Source: a virus
Taxonomy: Duplodnaviria; Caudoviricetes
Direction: 5' to 3' (one strand)
DNA length: 64,000 bases
IMG/VR virus record: IMGVR_UViG_3300033066_002431
Location: 12,579-76,578 of that record
Positions 63,113-64,000 of the stretch are shown in pieces. Position 1 is the first letter of the stretch. Every line of letters starts with the position of its first letter. A program made the position numbers and the translations under genes. Under the pieces are notes generated by a model. That model saw only the letters and a list, made by a program, of their open reading frames with translations, did no database searches and was not told where the DNA came from.

Positions 63113-64000
63113 TCAGGATCTCCGGGTGAGAGGGGGCATGCGAAGGAGGGGAACGAAGAAGGCCCACCATCGGGCCGCGACGTGCGGACGAAGGGGCGCG
63201 ACGCGGGCGGACCACCTGTCGGGCGCAGCGACGGCGAGAGGCGCACCACGGGGCGCCCGCAGGGTCGTGATGGCCTCGCGCGCGTCGTCGGAGCCAACCC
63301 CGCCGGCGCGAAGGTCGGCAAGCAGCGGCTCGCAGAGAACGCGCAACGTGGTCCAGAGCGCGACGTCGACCACGATGTTCGTGTCGTCCACGGCGAGGTC
63401 GTACCGGCGCGCGTCGTACGAGACTTTCGCAAAGGGCAGGGTGTGCTTCGTCTGGAGCTTCCACAGCGGGTCCGCCGGGTGATGCACGCCGCCCGCGCCG
63501 TCCGGACAGAACGTCCGGTGACAGTTGGCCTCCCCGCCGTGGTCGATGCCGTAGAGGGGGCACCACGCGACGAAGGGCGGGGCCGGCGGGTTGAGGAGCG
63601 CCGTCAGGGCGTCAGGCCGGACGAAGGGCCACTCGCGGGCCGCCGGCCAGTCTGCGGGCTTGGGGATCGGTCGCAGGGCGACGGGGTAGACGCCGCCAGG
63701 ACCGACCGCATCCGAACAGCGCGCGAAGCACAGGCCGGTCTTCACGTAGAGCGAGCGGAACGACCACACGCAGCCGGCGCACAGCCGCTCGGTGCCGTGC
63801 GGCCAGAGGATCGCCGCGTTGCGGATCGTAGTGAACTTGTCGCTGATCGCCTGATCGACGCGGTAGCGGGAGTCGAGCGCCCCGCAGTGCGCGCAGGCGT
63901 CGCCAGTGCCGCCGAGGGGCAGGATGGGGGTGCCGTCGCTCTCCACGGGGGAAGGGCGGCCGGCGGCTTCCCACACGAACGAGGTGGCGCGGGTAGTCAC
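63113..64000 (-). CDS. csf1: Csf1 (Cas8-like) type IV large subunit (start at the window edge)
   Basis: CAHCG...ISDKFT...LCAGC zinc finger; LLNPPAPPF and KH motifs. Confidence 0.75.
   Translation of the reverse strand: MTTRATSFVWEAAGRPSPVESDGTPILPLGGTGDACAHCGALDSRYRVDQAISDKFTTIRNAAILWPHGTERLCAGCVWSFRSLYVKTGLCFARCSDAVGPGGVYPVALRPIPKPADWPAAREWPFVRPDALTALLNPPAPPFVAWCPLYGIDHGGEANCHRTFCPDGAGGVHHPADPLWKLQTKHTLPFAKVSYDARRYDLAVDDTNIVVDVALWTTLRVLCEPLLADLRAGGVGSDDAREAITTLRAPRGAPLAVAAPDRWSARVAPLRPHVAARWWAFFVPLLRMPPLTRRS

Noticed and set aside
1-64000. Integrase/att site, tRNA genes, endolysin
   Set aside because: None recognisable by eye in this window, so lifestyle (temperate vs lytic) cannot be assigned.

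Overview
GC-rich (roughly 70% by eye) segment of a large myovirus-type phage or prophage. The host is probably a member of Myxococcota, inferred from the DUF4215-type Cys-rich repeats and myxobacterial-style lipoproteins it carries. About 1.2-35.8 kb (+) is a near-complete virion operon: TerL, DUF935 portal, HK97-type protease/scaffold, capsid, neck, sheath, tube, chaperones with a -1 frameshift, tape measure, Mu-like baseplate and fibres. It carries unusual passengers: Dps, an InPase-like protein, lipoproteins and an inverted paralog of the head-tail adaptor. About 35.8-48.8 kb (mostly -) holds a truncated Dam, an MTase-SF2 helicase module, a ParB-like gene, a PHAX-like RNA-binding protein and small genes, driven by a family of TTGACA-N17-TATC promoters, several of them leaderless. 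About 48.9-54.6 kb (+) is an early-type region of small genes punctuated by four copies of a 20-22 bp palindromic promoter/operator. About 54.6-64 kb (-) holds an array-less type IV-B-like CRISPR effector operon (csf1, cas11-csf2 fusion, csf3), followed by a translationally coupled cluster with a glycosyltransferase, a GNAT, IbrB/IbrA-like proteins, a CysH-like PAPS reductase and a poly-zinc-finger protein. No integrase, endolysin, tRNA or CRISPR array was recognised. All family assignments come from motif recognition by eye; no database search was run.
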